This document shows, in pieces, positions 47,309 to 60,857 of a stretch of DNA of 64,000 nucleotides (position 1 is its first letter; each line of letters begins with the position of its first letter). The position numbers and the translations under genes are program-made. Below the pieces are notes generated by a model, which made no database searches, was not told where the DNA came from, and was given only the letters and a program-made list of their open reading frames with translations. The stretch is taken from NCBI GenBank assembly GCA_963810935.1, contig CAWEPK010000009.1:256001-320000 (forward strand), read 5' to 3'. The DNA is from an uncultured delta proteobacterium (GTDB lineage: Bacteria; Desulfobacterota; Syntrophorhabdia; Syntrophorhabdales; WCHB1-27).

Positions 47309-48478
47309 ATGAGAATACGCTCCCTGGCTATTGTCTCGATTGCCCACGGGTCTGCCGACATTCCGCAGGGGGCCATACCCGTCCTGCTCCCGTTCTTCAT
47401 CGCTGCGCACCACCTTAGCTACACGGCTGCCGCAACCATCGTCTTCGCGGTGAGCCTCGTAGCGTCCGGCTTTCAGCCCGTCTTTGGCTGGATGAGCGAC
47501 CGGCGGCCGATGCCCTGGTTGATACCTGTTTCAATGCTGCTTTTGGGCGTCGGCGTAGCAAGCACCGGAATCCTTCCGACATACGGGCTGGGGGTCGCGG
47601 CGGTGATGTTGAGCGGTCTCGGCAGCGCCATGTTCCATCCGGAAAGCGCCAAGGTAATGCTGCACCTTGCGCAGGGCAGGAAGGCAACGGCGATGAGCTT
47701 GTTCGGTATGGGCGGTCAGGCCGGTTTTGCGGTGGGTCCCATCCTTGCCACCGTCCTGCTTCTCGCGTGGGGCCTTAAGGGCACGGTATGGCTTATAGTG
47801 CCGCCCGTTCTCGTCGCAGCCATTCTGGCCTTTAAGCTGCCTGACTATACGAAGGGCTATTCAGCGCACAAAAAACTGCCGGCCGGCACATTCGGCGCTC
47901 AAGTGCCCGACCAATGGCCGCCGTTTGTCTGTCTCTCCAGCGGCCTGCTCATACGGTCGATAATCTTTTACGGGCTGAATACCTTTCTCCCGCTCTTTTG
48001 GATCAATGTCCTGCATGCCTCGAAGGTGACTGCGGGCTCCAGCCTGGCGGCTTTTCTCACTGCATGTATAGTGGGTAATTTCGCAGGCGGCTGGATGGCA
48101 GACCGCCTCGGCTACAAGATGATGGCTGTCGGCGGCTGTCTTCTCCTCGCGGTCCTTCTTCCGTTCCTGCCCATGGCGTCGACCCCGCTCACTGCTACGT
48201 TGCTTCTCGTGCTTATCGGCCTCGTCCTCTCGGTCCCCTTAAGCGCCATGGTTGTGCTCGGCCAGTCCTACCTGCCTAACAGGCTGGGACTCGCCTCCGG
48301 GATTACCCTGGGCCTGGGCTTTTCATTCGGAGGGCTGACCACGCCTGCCATCGGACGGGTAGCCGATGTTTACGGCCTCCGCGCAGCACTCATGGTGCTC
48401 GCTTTCCTGCCGGTCGCGATGACTCTGCTTATGCTGGCGCTGCCTTCAGAGAAAAGAAAAGAAGCGATGGCGCTGTAA
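47309..48478 (+). CDS. MFS transporter (Fsr-like), second paralog
   Basis: H..D, QPVFGWMSD, FHPES, about 12 TMs. Confidence 0.9.
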   Translation: MRIRSLAIVSIAHGSADIPQGAIPVLLPFFIAAHHLSYTAAATIVFAVSLVASGFQPVFGWMSDRRPMPWLIPVSMLLLGVGVASTGILPTYGLGVAAVMLSGLGSAMFHPESAKVMLHLAQGRKATAMSLFGMGGQAGFAVGPILATVLLLAWGLKGTVWLIVPPVLVAAILAFKLPDYTKGYSAHKKLPAGTFGAQVPDQWPPFVCLSSGLLIRSIIFYGLNTFLPLFWINVLHASKVTAGSSLAAFLTACIVGNFAGGWMADRLGYKMMAVGGCLLLAVLLPFLPMASTPLTATLLLVLIGLVLSVPLSAMVVLGQSYLPNRLGLASGITLGLGFSFGGLTTPAIGRVADVYGLRAALMVLAFLPVAMTLLMLALPSEKRKEAMAL

Positions 48479-48490
48479 ACCCTGAGCCTG

Positions 48491-48997
48491 TCAGTAGACC
48501 GCAAGCACCTGGGCATGGAACCTGCGCGCTATACGCATTGCGATGCGCTGCAACGCCGCCCTTCTGTTCGGGTCCTCCAGGTTGATGCTGCTTGCGTCGT
48601 ATACCTCGCCGTCGCCGAACGACCACGTCTTCAAAAGCTTGCCCTGCTTCCCCCGCAAAGTAAGGACGACAATCGCTGTGACGGATTTCTGGACGGTCTG
48701 GGCGGTCGCGCCGATAGCGCCAGGCGCTGTGGCCACAGTGTTGATGGTCCCCTGAAGGGTAGCATCCGCGTCAGGCTTGTTTATCTGAAACAGGCCGCTT
48801 CCGGCCAGCTCCTGGGAAAACGCCTGCGTGAAGAGGCCGGACACCATCGGCTCGAAGCTGTTGTTCTTAAAAACGGGGACGTATATGGAGGTGATATCCC
48901 CTCCATAAATGCCTTTTTCCTTGACAAGCTCGTAGCCGCAGCCACTCACCAGGACCGCGCAGATGAGAAGCGCGCAAATCGGAAGGAGTCTCTTCAT
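48491..48997 (-). CDS. lptE: LPS assembly lipoprotein LptE family
   Basis: Lipobox VSGC-GY; IYVPVFKN; directly downstream of leuS. Confidence 0.8.
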   Translation of the reverse strand: MKRLLPICALLICAVLVSGCGYELVKEKGIYGGDITSIYVPVFKNNSFEPMVSGLFTQAFSQELAGSGLFQINKPDADATLQGTINTVATAPGAIGATAQTVQKSVTAIVVLTLRGKQGKLLKTWSFGDGEVYDASSINLEDPNRRAALQRIAMRIARRFHAQVLAVY

Positions 48998-49007
48998 ATG
49001 CCCCTCA

Positions 49008-51497
<2,490 letters not shown>

Positions 51498-51505
51498 TTC
51501 TTGCC

Positions 51506-52708
51506 TTATTCTCCCTTCTGCATCGCCCTTATGCGCAGCCGGAGGGCATTGAGCTTGATGAAGCCGGTCGCGTCCCCCTGGTTGTAAACGGAGTCTTTGT
51601 CGAAGGTAGCGAAATCCTGGCTGTACAACGATTTTTCCGATTTCCTCCCTACGACTATCGTATTGCCCTTGTACAGCTTTAGGCGGACGGTCCCGGTTAC
51701 GCCTTCCTGCGTCTTATCGATAAAGGCCCGCATGGCTTCCATCTCCGGCGAATACCAGAAGCCATAGTATATCAGCTCCGATACCTTCGTGATGAGGCTG
51801 TCCCGTAAGTGCATGACCTCGCGGTCCATAGTGATCGTCTCTATGGCGCGGTGGGCCGTGTGGAGTATCGTGCAGCCCGGCGTCTCATAGACACCGCGCG
51901 ACTTCATGCCGACGAACCTGTTCTCGACGATGTCCACCCTGCCTATGCCGTTCTCGCCTGCCACCTTGTTGAGCAGCCCTATGACCTCGTGGGCCTTCAT
52001 CGCCTTGCCGTCGATGCTCGTCGCCGCCCCGTCCGTAAAGCCTATCTCGACGTAGCGCGGCTTGTCGGGCGCCTTCTCGGGGGAGACGGTCAGTATGAAC
52101 ATCGACTCGTCGGGCTCGTTCCACGGGTCTTCGAGCACCCCTCCCTCGTAGCTTATGTGCATCAGGTTCCTGTCCATGCTGTAAGGCTTGGCCTTGTTGA
52201 CCGGCACGTCGATGCCGTGCTTCCTGGCGTAATCCATCAGCTCTTCCCTCGAAGAGAATGACCAGTCCCGCCACGGCGCGATGACCTTGATATGCGGGGC
52301 CAGGGCATAATACGTCAGCTCGAAGCGCACCTGGTCGTTCCCCTTGCCCGTTGAGCCGTGGCAGACCGCGTCTGCGTTCTCCTTCTTGGCGATCTCCACG
52401 TGCCTTTTCGCTATCAGCGGCCTAGCGATGGAAGTGCCGAGCATGTAGCAGCCTTCGTAAATTGCGTTTGCCTTGATCGCAAAATAGACGAAATCCCTCG
52501 CGAACTCTTCCCTCAGGTCGTCGATGTAAATCTTCGATGCCCCGGTCTTTATCGCTTTTTCCTCGAGGCCCGACAACTCCTCTTCCTGCCCTACGTCGGC
52601 GGTATACGCGATGACCTCGCACCCGTACTGCTCGCGCAGCCACTTCACGAGTATCGACGTATCGAGACCGCCCGAATAAGCGAGTACGACCTTGTTGATC
52701 TTATCCAT
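51506..52708 (-). CDS. argG: Argininosuccinate synthase
   Basis: [28 protein letters not shown]. Confidence 0.98.
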   Translation of the reverse strand: MDKINKVVLAYSGGLDTSILVKWLREQYGCEVIAYTADVGQEEELSGLEEKAIKTGASKIYIDDLREEFARDFVYFAIKANAIYEGCYMLGTSIARPLIAKRHVEIAKKENADAVCHGSTGKGNDQVRFELTYYALAPHIKVIAPWRDWSFSSREELMDYARKHGIDVPVNKAKPYSMDRNLMHISYEGGVLEDPWNEPDESMFILTVSPEKAPDKPRYVEIGFTDGAATSIDGKAMKAHEVIGLLNKVAGENGIGRVDIVENRFVGMKSRGVYETPGCTILHTAHRAIETITMDREVMHLRDSLITKVSELIYYGFWYSPEMEAMRAFIDKTQEGVTGTVRLKLYKGNTIVVGRKSEKSLYSQDFATFDKDSVYNQGDATGFIKLNALRLRIRAMQKGE

Positions 52709-52777
52709 TAATCTCCTCCAGAAAAAAGCAATTGCCGAAACGGCCCGCAACGCGGTCGCTCCGGCCTATTTCGCTCG

Positions 52778-53689
52778 CTACTCTGCCGACATCAACCATT
52801 CCAGGAGCGCCTTCTGCGCGTGCAGGCGGTTTTCCGCCTGCGTGAAGATCGCGTCCTGGAACCGCTCGAAAACCTCGTCCGTTATCTCCTGCCCTCTGTG
52901 GGCAGGCAGGCAATGCAGGACTATGGCGTCCGGCTTCGCCGCTTTCATCAGGGCGCTGTCCACGCGGAACGGGGAAAAGGCTCTTTCCCGCCCCTCCGCC
53001 TCGGCCTCCATGCCCATACTGATCCAGACGTCCGTATTCACCACGTCCGCATCGCGGACGGCCTCATAGGGGTCGGCGTAAAGGGTAAGCGTACCCTTTT
53101 CCTTCGCCTGCCGCACCAGCGGCTCATGCGGGCCGTAAGCAGGCGGCACTGCCAGGGCCAGGGGGAAGCCGAAGAGAATGGACGCCTCTATCCAGGAATT
53201 GGCGACGTTGTTGCCGTCGCCCACCCACGCAACCTTCACGTCTTCCAGCCTGCCCTTGTATTCAAGGACCGTGAGAAGGTCCGCGAGTATCTGGCACGGA
53301 TGGTAAAGGTCCGACAGCCCGTTGATGACGGGGACCGTGCACCATTTGGCAAGCTCTTCCACCGTCTCCTGGCCGAAGGTCCGTATCATCACCCCGTGCA
53401 CGTACCTGGACAGGACCCTCGCCGTATCCCGGACGGGCTCGCCCCTGCCCATCTGCGTATTGGCCTGGGAGAGGAATATGGCCTGGCCGCCCAGCTCGCC
53501 CATCCCTACTTCAAAGGAGATACGCGTCCTGGTCGACGCCTTCTCGAAGATCATCGCCAGGGTCATGCCCTTAAGCGGCGCATGCTCCTTGCGGGCCAGG
53601 CGCAGCTCCTTGAGGAAGCGGGCGCGGTCTAAAAGATGTCTGCACTCCTCAGCCGTTATGTCGAGGAGCCTCTTGAAGTCCCTTTTCAT
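52778..53689 (-). CDS. argF: Ornithine carbamoyltransferase
   Basis: STRTR, HPCQ, DVWISMG, HCLP. Confidence 0.97.
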   Translation of the reverse strand: MKRDFKRLLDITAEECRHLLDRARFLKELRLARKEHAPLKGMTLAMIFEKASTRTRISFEVGMGELGGQAIFLSQANTQMGRGEPVRDTARVLSRYVHGVMIRTFGQETVEELAKWCTVPVINGLSDLYHPCQILADLLTVLEYKGRLEDVKVAWVGDGNNVANSWIEASILFGFPLALAVPPAYGPHEPLVRQAKEKGTLTLYADPYEAVRDADVVNTDVWISMGMEAEAEGRERAFSPFRVDSALMKAAKPDAIVLHCLPAHRGQEITDEVFERFQDAIFTQAENRLHAQKALLEWLMSAE

Positions 53690-54882
53690 CGTCCACTGCG
53701 CCTTTCGAGGATTTTCTTTGCGATCTCCAGGAAGATATTGACCTCGTCCTGCCCGATGATAAGCGGAGGCAGCAGCCTTATGACGTTCCCTTTGGACGCG
53801 TAAAGGATGACCCCTTCCGCCAGGAACTCCTGCACGATGGGGGCCACGTCGGAGTCGAACTCAACGCCGAGGAGCAGGCCGAGCCCCCTCACGTCGATGA
53901 TGGACGGGAACTCCTTTTTCAGCTTGAGGAGGCCGTCCAGAAGATAGGCGCCGACGGCAGCGCACCGCCCTACGATGCCCTCGTCCATCATGGTGTCGAT
54001 GGTCGCGATGACGGCCGCAGAGGCGAGCGGGTTGCCGCCGAACGTGGAGGCGTGCGAGCCCTGATCGAATGCCTCCATCACCTTGTCTTTGGCCACGATT
54101 GCGCCCACCGGGAAGCCGCTGCCCAGCGCCTTCGCCAGGCTCATGATGTCGGGCTCGATACCGTAGTGCTCGTATCCGAAGAGCTTGCCTGTCCTGCCCA
54201 TGCCCGTCTGCACTTCGTCGAAGACGAGCAGGATGTCGCGCTCGGCCGTAAACTCTCTCAGTTCCTTCATGTACTGCTGATCTGCGACGAAGACGCCGCC
54301 TTCCGACTGGATGCACTCGATGATGACTGCGCAGGTCTTCTCCGAGACCGCTTTCTTTATTGCCTTCATGTCGTTGAACGGCACGAAGCTGAAGCCCTCG
54401 ACCATCGGGCTGAACCCCACCTGGAACTTCTGCTGCCCCGTGGCCGACAAGGTGGCAATGGTCCGTCCGTGGAAAGAGTTCTCCATGGCCACGACGTCCG
54501 CCCTGCCTTCACCGTGGTTCTTCCAGGAATAGCGCCTCACCAGTTTTATGGCGGCCTCGTTCGCCTCCGCACCGCTGTTGCAGAAAAAGACCTTGTCCCC
54601 GAACGAGTGCCTGACTATCAGCTCTGCCGCCTTTATCTGGGACTCGGTATAGAAAAGGTTCGAGATGTGAAGGAGCCTCCGCGCCTGGGCGCAGATGGCA
54701 TCGACGACGGAAGCCGGAGCATGGCCCAGGTTGCAGACGGAGATGCCGGACAGGAAATCGAGGTATCTCCTGCCGCTTAAATCCCACAGCCAGCAGCCTT
54801 CCCCTCTCGCGATCCCGATGGGAAACCGCTTGTACGTATTAGCCAGATATTTATTGCCTTTTTCGATCCACTCCTGCTGCAT
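53686..54882 (-). CDS. argD: Acetylornithine aminotransferase
   Basis: NSGAEANE, FHGRT, DEVQTG, LAKALG; arg cluster context. Confidence 0.95.
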   Translation of the reverse strand: MQQEWIEKGNKYLANTYKRFPIGIARGEGCWLWDLSGRRYLDFLSGISVCNLGHAPASVVDAICAQARRLLHISNLFYTESQIKAAELIVRHSFGDKVFFCNSGAEANEAAIKLVRRYSWKNHGEGRADVVAMENSFHGRTIATLSATGQQKFQVGFSPMVEGFSFVPFNDMKAIKKAVSEKTCAVIIECIQSEGGVFVADQQYMKELREFTAERDILLVFDEVQTGMGRTGKLFGYEHYGIEPDIMSLAKALGSGFPVGAIVAKDKVMEAFDQGSHASTFGGNPLASAAVIATIDTMMDEGIVGRCAAVGAYLLDGLLKLKKEFPSIIDVRGLGLLLGVEFDSDVAPIVQEFLAEGVILYASKGNVIRLLPPLIIGQDEVNIFLEIAKKILERRSGR

Positions 54883-54884
54883 TG

Positions 54885-55721
54885 CTATTCTCCCGCTATC
54901 TGCGTGCCGATGCCAAGGTCGGTAAATACCTCCAGGAGCAGCGCATGGGCGACGCGGCCGTCGATTATATGCGCTTTCCTGACCCCGCCGACGAGTGCGT
55001 CGAGGCAGCACTTGATCTTCGGTATCATGCCCCCGCTGACTGTATCGCTCGCAGCGAGCTCGCTGGCCTGCTTTATGTCGAGGGACGAGATCGTCTTGAG
55101 AGAGGCATCGAGTATGCCGGGCACGTCCGTCAGCAGGACCAGCTTCTCCGCGGCCAGCTCCTTCGCTACGTGGCCTGCCGCAGTATCGGCATTCACGTTG
55201 TACGTGCTGCCGTCCGTGCCTGCTGCGAGCGGCGCGATCACGGGGATGTATCCCGATTCCGATATCTTCCTGACGAGCTCCCCGTTTACTTTCGTGACGT
55301 CGCCGACGAAGCCGATGTCCTTGCCTTTGACTTTCTCCGCAGTAATGAGCCTGCCGTCTTTCCCTGACAACCCGATGGCCTGGCCGCCGGCGTTATGTAT
55401 CGCCTGGACGATCTCCTTGTTGATCGACCCCGACAGCACCATCTCCACCACCTCTAAGGTGTCCGCGTCGGTGACGCGCAGGCCGTCGACGAACCGGGTC
55501 GGTATGTCGAGCTTCTTCAGTAGCCTCTCTATCCGGGGGCCCCCGCCGTGGACGATAACCGGGTTGATGCCGACGTATTTCAAGAGCACGACGTCCTTGG
55601 CGAATTCTTTCTTGAGCTCTTCCTGTTCCATTGCCGCCCCGCCGTATTTGACGACGAAGGTGCAGCCCGAGAATTTCTTGATATACGGAAGCGCCTCAAG
55701 TAAAACCGATATCTGTTCCAT
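54885..55721 (-). CDS. argB: Acetylglutamate kinase
   Basis: KYGG, VHGGGP, GLRVTD, NVNAD, GGMIPK. Confidence 0.97.
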   Translation of the reverse strand: MEQISVLLEALPYIKKFSGCTFVVKYGGAAMEQEELKKEFAKDVVLLKYVGINPVIVHGGGPRIERLLKKLDIPTRFVDGLRVTDADTLEVVEMVLSGSINKEIVQAIHNAGGQAIGLSGKDGRLITAEKVKGKDIGFVGDVTKVNGELVRKISESGYIPVIAPLAAGTDGSTYNVNADTAAGHVAKELAAEKLVLLTDVPGILDASLKTISSLDIKQASELAASDTVSGGMIPKIKCCLDALVGGVRKAHIIDGRVAHALLLEVFTDLGIGTQIAGE

Positions 55722-57055
55722 CAGAGTATATACCTGCTAAGGTCCTCCTTCTCGAGGAACTCGGAAAGCCTCTCCTTCACGTATTCCTGCGTTATCACCA
55801 CCCGTTTCTCGGACATCTCCGGCGCGTCGAAGGAGACGTCGTCGAGGAGCTTCTCCATGACGGTATAAAGCCTCCTTGCGCCGATATTCTCCGTCATCTC
55901 GTTGATGCGCTGGGCGGTGTCCGCGATCTCGGCGATGCCGTTTTGCTCGAACTCCAGGTCGATGCCTTCCGTAGCGAGGAGCGCCTTGTACTGTTTTATA
56001 AGGGCGTTCTCCGGCTCCGTCAGTATCCTGAAGAAGTCGTCCTTCGTCAAGGGCGTAAGCTCGACCCTTATCGGGAACCGTCCCTGAAGCTCCGGTATAA
56101 GGTCGGAGGGCTTCGACATATGGAAGGCCCCGGCTGCGATGAAGAGCACGTGGTCGGTCTTCACCATGCCGTACTTCGTAGTGACGGTCGTCCCTTCGAC
56201 GATGGGCAGGATGTCCCTCTGCACCCCTTCCCTCGATACATCAGGGCCGTGCGCCTGGTCACGGCTCGCGATCTTGTCGAGCTCGTCCAGAAAGATGATG
56301 CCCGCCTGCTCCACCCTGTTGACCGCCTCGCTGAGCACCCTGTCCATGTCTATCAGCTTCTTCGACTCTTCCTGGATCAGGTAATCGTATGCCTCGCCTA
56401 TCCTAACCTTGCGCTTCTTAGTCTTCTTCGGAAGCATGTTGCCGAACATGTCGCGGAGCTGCATGTCCATCTCTTCCATGCCCTGGGACGAGAATATCTC
56501 GATGATCGGCAGTGAGCGCTCCGGCACCTCTATCTCGACGAACTTATCGTTGAGCTTGCCCTCCTTAAAGAAACCGCGCATCTTCTCGCGCGTAACCTCG
56601 TGAGACTGGTCTTCGCCCGGATGCGGAGCGATCTGTTTTCTAGGGGAGACGAGCAGGTCGAGTATGCGCTCTTCCGCCAGGTCCTTCGCCTTCTCTATGA
56701 CGCGCTCCTGCTCTTCCTTCTTTACCATGTTCACCGATAGCTCCGTCAGGTCTCTTATCATCGACTCGACGTCTCTGCCCACGTAGCCGACCTCGGTGAA
56801 TTTCGTGGCCTCTATCTTCAGAAAAGGCGCGTTGGCGAGCTTGGCGAGGCGCCTCGCGATCTCCGTCTTGCCCACGCCGGTCGGACCTATCATGATGATG
56901 TTCTTGGGCGCTATCTCGTCCCTGAGCGACTCCGGTATCATTTGCCGCCGCCACCTGTTGCGCAGGGCGATGGCAACAGCCCTCTTCGCATTATTCTGGC
57001 CTATGATATACCGGTTAAGCTCTTCCAGGATGGCCCGGGGTATCATCGTTTTCAT
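55721..57055 (-). CDS. hslU: ATP-dependent protease ATPase subunit HslU
   Basis: [19 protein letters not shown]-terminal DLSRYIL. Confidence 0.98.
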   Translation of the reverse strand: MKTMIPRAILEELNRYIIGQNNAKRAVAIALRNRWRRQMIPESLRDEIAPKNIIMIGPTGVGKTEIARRLAKLANAPFLKIEATKFTEVGYVGRDVESMIRDLTELSVNMVKKEEQERVIEKAKDLAEERILDLLVSPRKQIAPHPGEDQSHEVTREKMRGFFKEGKLNDKFVEIEVPERSLPIIEIFSSQGMEEMDMQLRDMFGNMLPKKTKKRKVRIGEAYDYLIQEESKKLIDMDRVLSEAVNRVEQAGIIFLDELDKIASRDQAHGPDVSREGVQRDILPIVEGTTVTTKYGMVKTDHVLFIAAGAFHMSKPSDLIPELQGRFPIRVELTPLTKDDFFRILTEPENALIKQYKALLATEGIDLEFEQNGIAEIADTAQRINEMTENIGARRLYTVMEKLLDDVSFDAPEMSEKRVVITQEYVKERLSEFLEKEDLSRYIL

Positions 57056-57580
57056 TTATAACTCCTCTATGGCGATCCTGTCGTTAGTGTAGATGCATAT
57101 CTCGGCCGCAATAGCCATGGCCTCTTTGACCACGTCAAGGGCCGACAGGTCCGTATGCTTGACCAGCGCCTTGGCCGCGGCCTCCGCGTAAGGACCACCC
57201 GAGCCTATGGCGGCCACTCCGCCGTCCGGCTCGATCACGTCGCCCGTCCCCGAAAGGATAAACGTGTGCTCCGCGTCGGCCACAAGCAGCAATGCCTCAA
57301 GCCGGCGCAGCATGCGGTCCGTCCTCCAGTCCTTCGCCAGCTCGACGGAGGCGCGTGTGATATTCCCGTTGTATTGCTCCAGCTTCTTCTCGAAGCGCTC
57401 GAAAAGGGTGAACGCGTCGGCCGTCGCGCCCGCAAAGCCCGCCAGGCACCTGTCCTGGTAGAGCTTGCGCACTTTTTTCGCGGTACGCTTCAATATAGTG
57501 TTCTGGAACGTAACCTGGCCGTCACCGGCCAATACGACCTTATTGTTCTGCCTTACGCATAGGATTGTCGTGCTTTTCAT
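57056..57580 (-). CDS. hslV: ATP-dependent protease peptidase subunit HslV
   Basis: TTIL, GDGQVT, GFAG..ADA, GSGG, CIYTN. Confidence 0.98.
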   Translation of the reverse strand: MKSTTILCVRQNNKVVLAGDGQVTFQNTILKRTAKKVRKLYQDRCLAGFAGATADAFTLFERFEKKLEQYNGNITRASVELAKDWRTDRMLRRLEALLLVADAEHTFILSGTGDVIEPDGGVAAIGSGGPYAEAAAKALVKHTDLSALDVVKEAMAIAAEICIYTNDRIAIEEL

Positions 57581-57581
57581 T

Positions 57582-58466
57582 CTATCGTCTCGGATGGGCT
57601 TTGTCATATATCTCCATGAGCTTGTCCATGGAGACGTGCGTGTATCTCTGCGTAGTGGAGAGATTCGAGTGGCCCAGCAGCTCCTGTATGCTCCTCAGGT
57701 CCGCCCCGCCGTTCAGCATGTGGGTGGCGAAGGAGTGCCTGATGCCGTGAAGCGCCAGGTCTTTGAAAAGATTTGCGCTCATCTGGTGCTTTTTCATCAC
57801 TTTCAAAAGACCCCTGTAAGAAAGCCTCGTCCCTTCCCTGTTGACGAAGAGGGCCGCAACAGACGCCTTTCTCCTGTTCCCGGCCTCCCTCATGTATGCC
57901 GACAGGGCCGAGCCCGCCTTCTCGCCGAAAGGGAGCACGCGCTCTTTCCCGCCTTTCCCTTTGACGATGGCCCACGAGCCTTCGAGGTGGACGTCGGTTA
58001 CGTCAAGGCCCAGCGCCTCGGCAGCCCGCATCCCCGTCGAGTAGATCAGCTCGAATACCGCCCTGTTGCGCAACGATATCCAGGTCTGCTCGGGCAGCGT
58101 ATCGAGGAAGTGGAACATCTCGTCAACGGTGTAGAACTTGGGCAGCCGCTTCTCGGTCCTCGGACTCTTCACGAGAAGGGCCGGGTTCTCGGCGATGTGC
58201 CCCTTCTTCTTGAGGAACTTGAAGAAGACCCTGATGGTCGATATCTTCCTCGACAAAGACGACTTCTTCAATCCCCCATAAATATCGGCGATATAGGCCC
58301 TGATCGCCTGGTGGTCCACCTCAGTGCACCCGCTCTCGCCGAGGAAGCGCAGGAAATCCCTCAGGTCGCCGATGTAGGCCCGCATAGTGTGTGACGACAC
58401 CCCCTTCTCGTCGGACAGATAACGGGAGAAGGCGGGCAGAAATGTGCTCATCGCCTGTGAATCCAT
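57582..58466 (-). CDS. xerC: Tyrosine recombinase XerC
   Basis: R..K (GKGGKER)..[18 protein letters not shown]; upstream of hslVU. Confidence 0.9.
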   Translation of the reverse strand: MDSQAMSTFLPAFSRYLSDEKGVSSHTMRAYIGDLRDFLRFLGESGCTEVDHQAIRAYIADIYGGLKKSSLSRKISTIRVFFKFLKKKGHIAENPALLVKSPRTEKRLPKFYTVDEMFHFLDTLPEQTWISLRNRAVFELIYSTGMRAAEALGLDVTDVHLEGSWAIVKGKGGKERVLPFGEKAGSALSAYMREAGNRRKASVAALFVNREGTRLSYRGLLKVMKKHQMSANLFKDLALHGIRHSFATHMLNGGADLRSIQELLGHSNLSTTQRYTHVSMDKLMEIYDKAHPRR

Positions 58467-58589
58467 GGAGTATTATTGTATTACGTTTTCGCAAATAATC
58501 AAGCCTTTTCAGCTATTCCGGCACGGCAGGGGGCATCCGAATCCGTGGATCTATTGACTTCCCCGGCCCCGCCGTGCTACACAGAAGAA

Positions 58590-60515
58590 ATGCGGTACCC
58601 CCATGTCTTTTCATCAGGCCGCATCGGCCCCCTGACTGCGAAAAACCGGATCAAGTACGCAGCCACAGAGACGAACTTCAACAGCCAGGACGGCTTCGTA
58701 ACGGACAAGGAGATCGCCTACCTTACGGCGCAGGCGAAAGGCGGCGCAGGCATCGTCACTACCCAGGGCGCCTATCCCGACCTCCCGGGTGAGGGCAAGG
58801 GCTTCCGGGGGACCATGTCGATCGCGCACGACAGCTTCATCCCCGGCCTCGCAAAACTGGCCCGGGCGATAAAAGATAACGGGGCACTCTCGTGCCTTCA
58901 GATACTCCATTGCGGGCGCGAGGGCGGCGTGGACCTCGACTATTGCCTGATGCCCTCCGTCGTGCCCCAGCGCCTCTCCTATTTCAAGCCGCCACGCGAG
59001 ATTACCGCTGCCGGGATCAGACAGGCGGTAAAGGACCATGCCGCGGCAGCACGGCGGGCAGTCGAGGCGGGCTACGACATGATCGAGCTGTCCGGCATCG
59101 TCGGCTACCTCATATCGACGTTCATCAGCCGCTACACGAACAAGCGGCAGGACGAATACGGGGGCGAGACCTTGAGGGAAAGGTGCCGCCTGATGGTCGA
59201 GATCCTGGGCGCGGTGAAGGCCGAGGCCGGGAAGGTGCCCGTCGGAATAAGGCTCTGCGGGGCCGAAATCCTGGAAGACAGGGGAGGCAACCCCCTGGAA
59301 GAGAGCATCGAGAGCTTCGCCATCGCCGAGGAAGCGGGGGCTGATTTCGTAAGCGTCACCGTCGGATGGCACGAATCGTCCATATCGGTCATCACCCGCG
59401 ACGTGCCGATGGGCCACTGGCTCTGGGTGGCCGAGCGGGTGAAAAAGGCCGTGAGCGTGCCGGTTATGATGGCTTTCCGGCTTTTCCTGCCCCATATACC
59501 GGAAAAGGCGATTGCCGGCGGCTCAATCGATTTCTGGGAGGCGTGCAGGCCGATGATAGCCGACCCGGAGCTGCCATTAAAGGCGGCCGAAGGAAGGGAA
59601 GCCGAGATCGTCCCGTGCATAGCCTGCAATCTTTGCTTCTCCCGCCTCTACTACCACCAGCCCATCATGTGCACGGTAAGGCCGACGCTGGGCCACGAAG
59701 GCGAGGAGGAGTGGGGCTATTACGGCTTTGCGCCTGTGAAAAGGAAAAAAAGGGTCGGCATTGTCGGCGGAGGTCCTGCCGGCTTGCAGTGCGCGGCAGC
59801 GGCAGCGAGGAAAGGCCACGAGGTCTTTCTATGGGAGAAGGGGTCGTCCCTTGGCGGCAGCACCCTTCTGGCCGCGAAAGTAGACGAGGGCGACGACGAG
59901 CTTTTGCGCCCGGTCCGTTACCTCGAAGGGGAGTGCCGCAAGGCAGGCGTCACCATAGAGCTGAACCGGGAGTGCTCGCCGGAGATGCTTGCCGCCTGCG
60001 GCCTGGACGCGCTCGTTATCGCAACGGGTGCAGGCTTCGTGCGGCCCCTGCCCGGCCCCTGCCTCGACCCCGAAGAAATAATATCCAAAGGCAAAAGGCC
60101 GGGAAAATCAGTACTCATCCTTGGCGGCGACGGGGCGGGCCTCGCCACGGCCGTCTACTTGCTCCGGACGGGCGATTATGACATCACGATTGCGGAGGCG
60201 TCGGGTAAGCTCGGCCGCGACGTAAGCCCCTTCTACCTGTGGCGCTATCTCAAGCTTTTCAGGGAGCGGGGCGTCGTGAGTCTGACACGGGCGCGCGTCA
60301 CGCCCGGACCGGGCAAAGGCGTCACGGTCACGACACCGAAGGGAGACAAGGCCATAGAGGCGGACGTCGTTACCGCCCTAAGGCAGACTCCGGAAAACCT
60401 GAAGTCACGCTACGAGCGGTGCGCGCCGGAGGTCTATCTACTGGGAGACGCGAAACGGCCGAGGAGGCTCCATAACGCCATCCACGACGGCTACCGCCTG
60501 GGGTTACAGCTATGA
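58590..60515 (+). CDS. Old-yellow-enzyme family FMN/[4Fe-4S]/FAD oxidoreductase (2,4-dienoyl-CoA reductase / aryl-CoA reductase-like)
   Basis: TIM barrel QILHCGR, SGIVGYL, TNKRQDEYGG, GWHES; CIACNLC-x11-C; GGGPAG. Confidence 0.9.
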   Translation: MRYPHVFSSGRIGPLTAKNRIKYAATETNFNSQDGFVTDKEIAYLTAQAKGGAGIVTTQGAYPDLPGEGKGFRGTMSIAHDSFIPGLAKLARAIKDNGALSCLQILHCGREGGVDLDYCLMPSVVPQRLSYFKPPREITAAGIRQAVKDHAAAARRAVEAGYDMIELSGIVGYLISTFISRYTNKRQDEYGGETLRERCRLMVEILGAVKAEAGKVPVGIRLCGAEILEDRGGNPLEESIESFAIAEEAGADFVSVTVGWHESSISVITRDVPMGHWLWVAERVKKAVSVPVMMAFRLFLPHIPEKAIAGGSIDFWEACRPMIADPELPLKAAEGREAEIVPCIACNLCFSRLYYHQPIMCTVRPTLGHEGEEEWGYYGFAPVKRKKRVGIVGGGPAGLQCAAAAARKGHEVFLWEKGSSLGGSTLLAAKVDEGDDELLRPVRYLEGECRKAGVTIELNRECSPEMLAACGLDALVIATGAGFVRPLPGPCLDPEEIISKGKRPGKSVLILGGDGAGLATAVYLLRTGDYDITIAEASGKLGRDVSPFYLWRYLKLFRERGVVSLTRARVTPGPGKGVTVTTPKGDKAIEADVVTALRQTPENLKSRYERCAPEVYLLGDAKRPRRLHNAIHDGYRLGLQL

Positions 60516-60706
60516 TACCGACTATCGATAAGGACATCTGCACCGGCTGTAAGAAGTGCATGGAAGTTTGCCCGCCCCTTGCCATAGCGGAAGAGGACGG
60601 AAAGGCCCGTATCGAGGAGGAGTTTTGCGAGGAGTGCGGCTTCTGCGCCGCTGCCTGTCCTGCGGACGCCATCGAGATAGCCTTCCCGAAGTCCGGGACA
60701 GCCTGA
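60512..60706 (+). CDS. 2x[4Fe-4S] ferredoxin
   Basis: CTGCKKCMEVCP and CEECGFCAAACP; ATGA overlap with the OYE gene. Confidence 0.93.
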   Translation: MIPTIDKDICTGCKKCMEVCPPLAIAEEDGKARIEEEFCEECGFCAAACPADAIEIAFPKSGTA

Positions 60707-60773
60707 CCCCGTAAGTACCGGTTTGGATGCAGAAGAAACCTGCTCCGGCCCGCTGCCTCAGGCGCTGCCGGGG

Positions 60774-60802
60774 TTGATAATTTGCCGTTTTCCGTGTATA
60801 AT
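60774..60802 (+). promoter_or_regulatory. sigma70 promoter of tig-clpP-clpX
   Basis: TTGATA-17-TATAAT. Confidence 0.7.
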
Positions 60803-60857
60803 AGCATGTTCACACACTAAAATATTTTCCCCCTTTTCTGATGATTGCGGAGGACGA

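Noticed and set aside
57582..58466. Tyrosine recombinase as a prophage or island integrase
   Set aside because: XerC size and motifs, conserved housekeeping context with hslVU, no att sites or cargo
60707..60857. tRNA upstream of tig
   Set aside because: No cloverleaf or TTCGA T-loop seen; only a promoter
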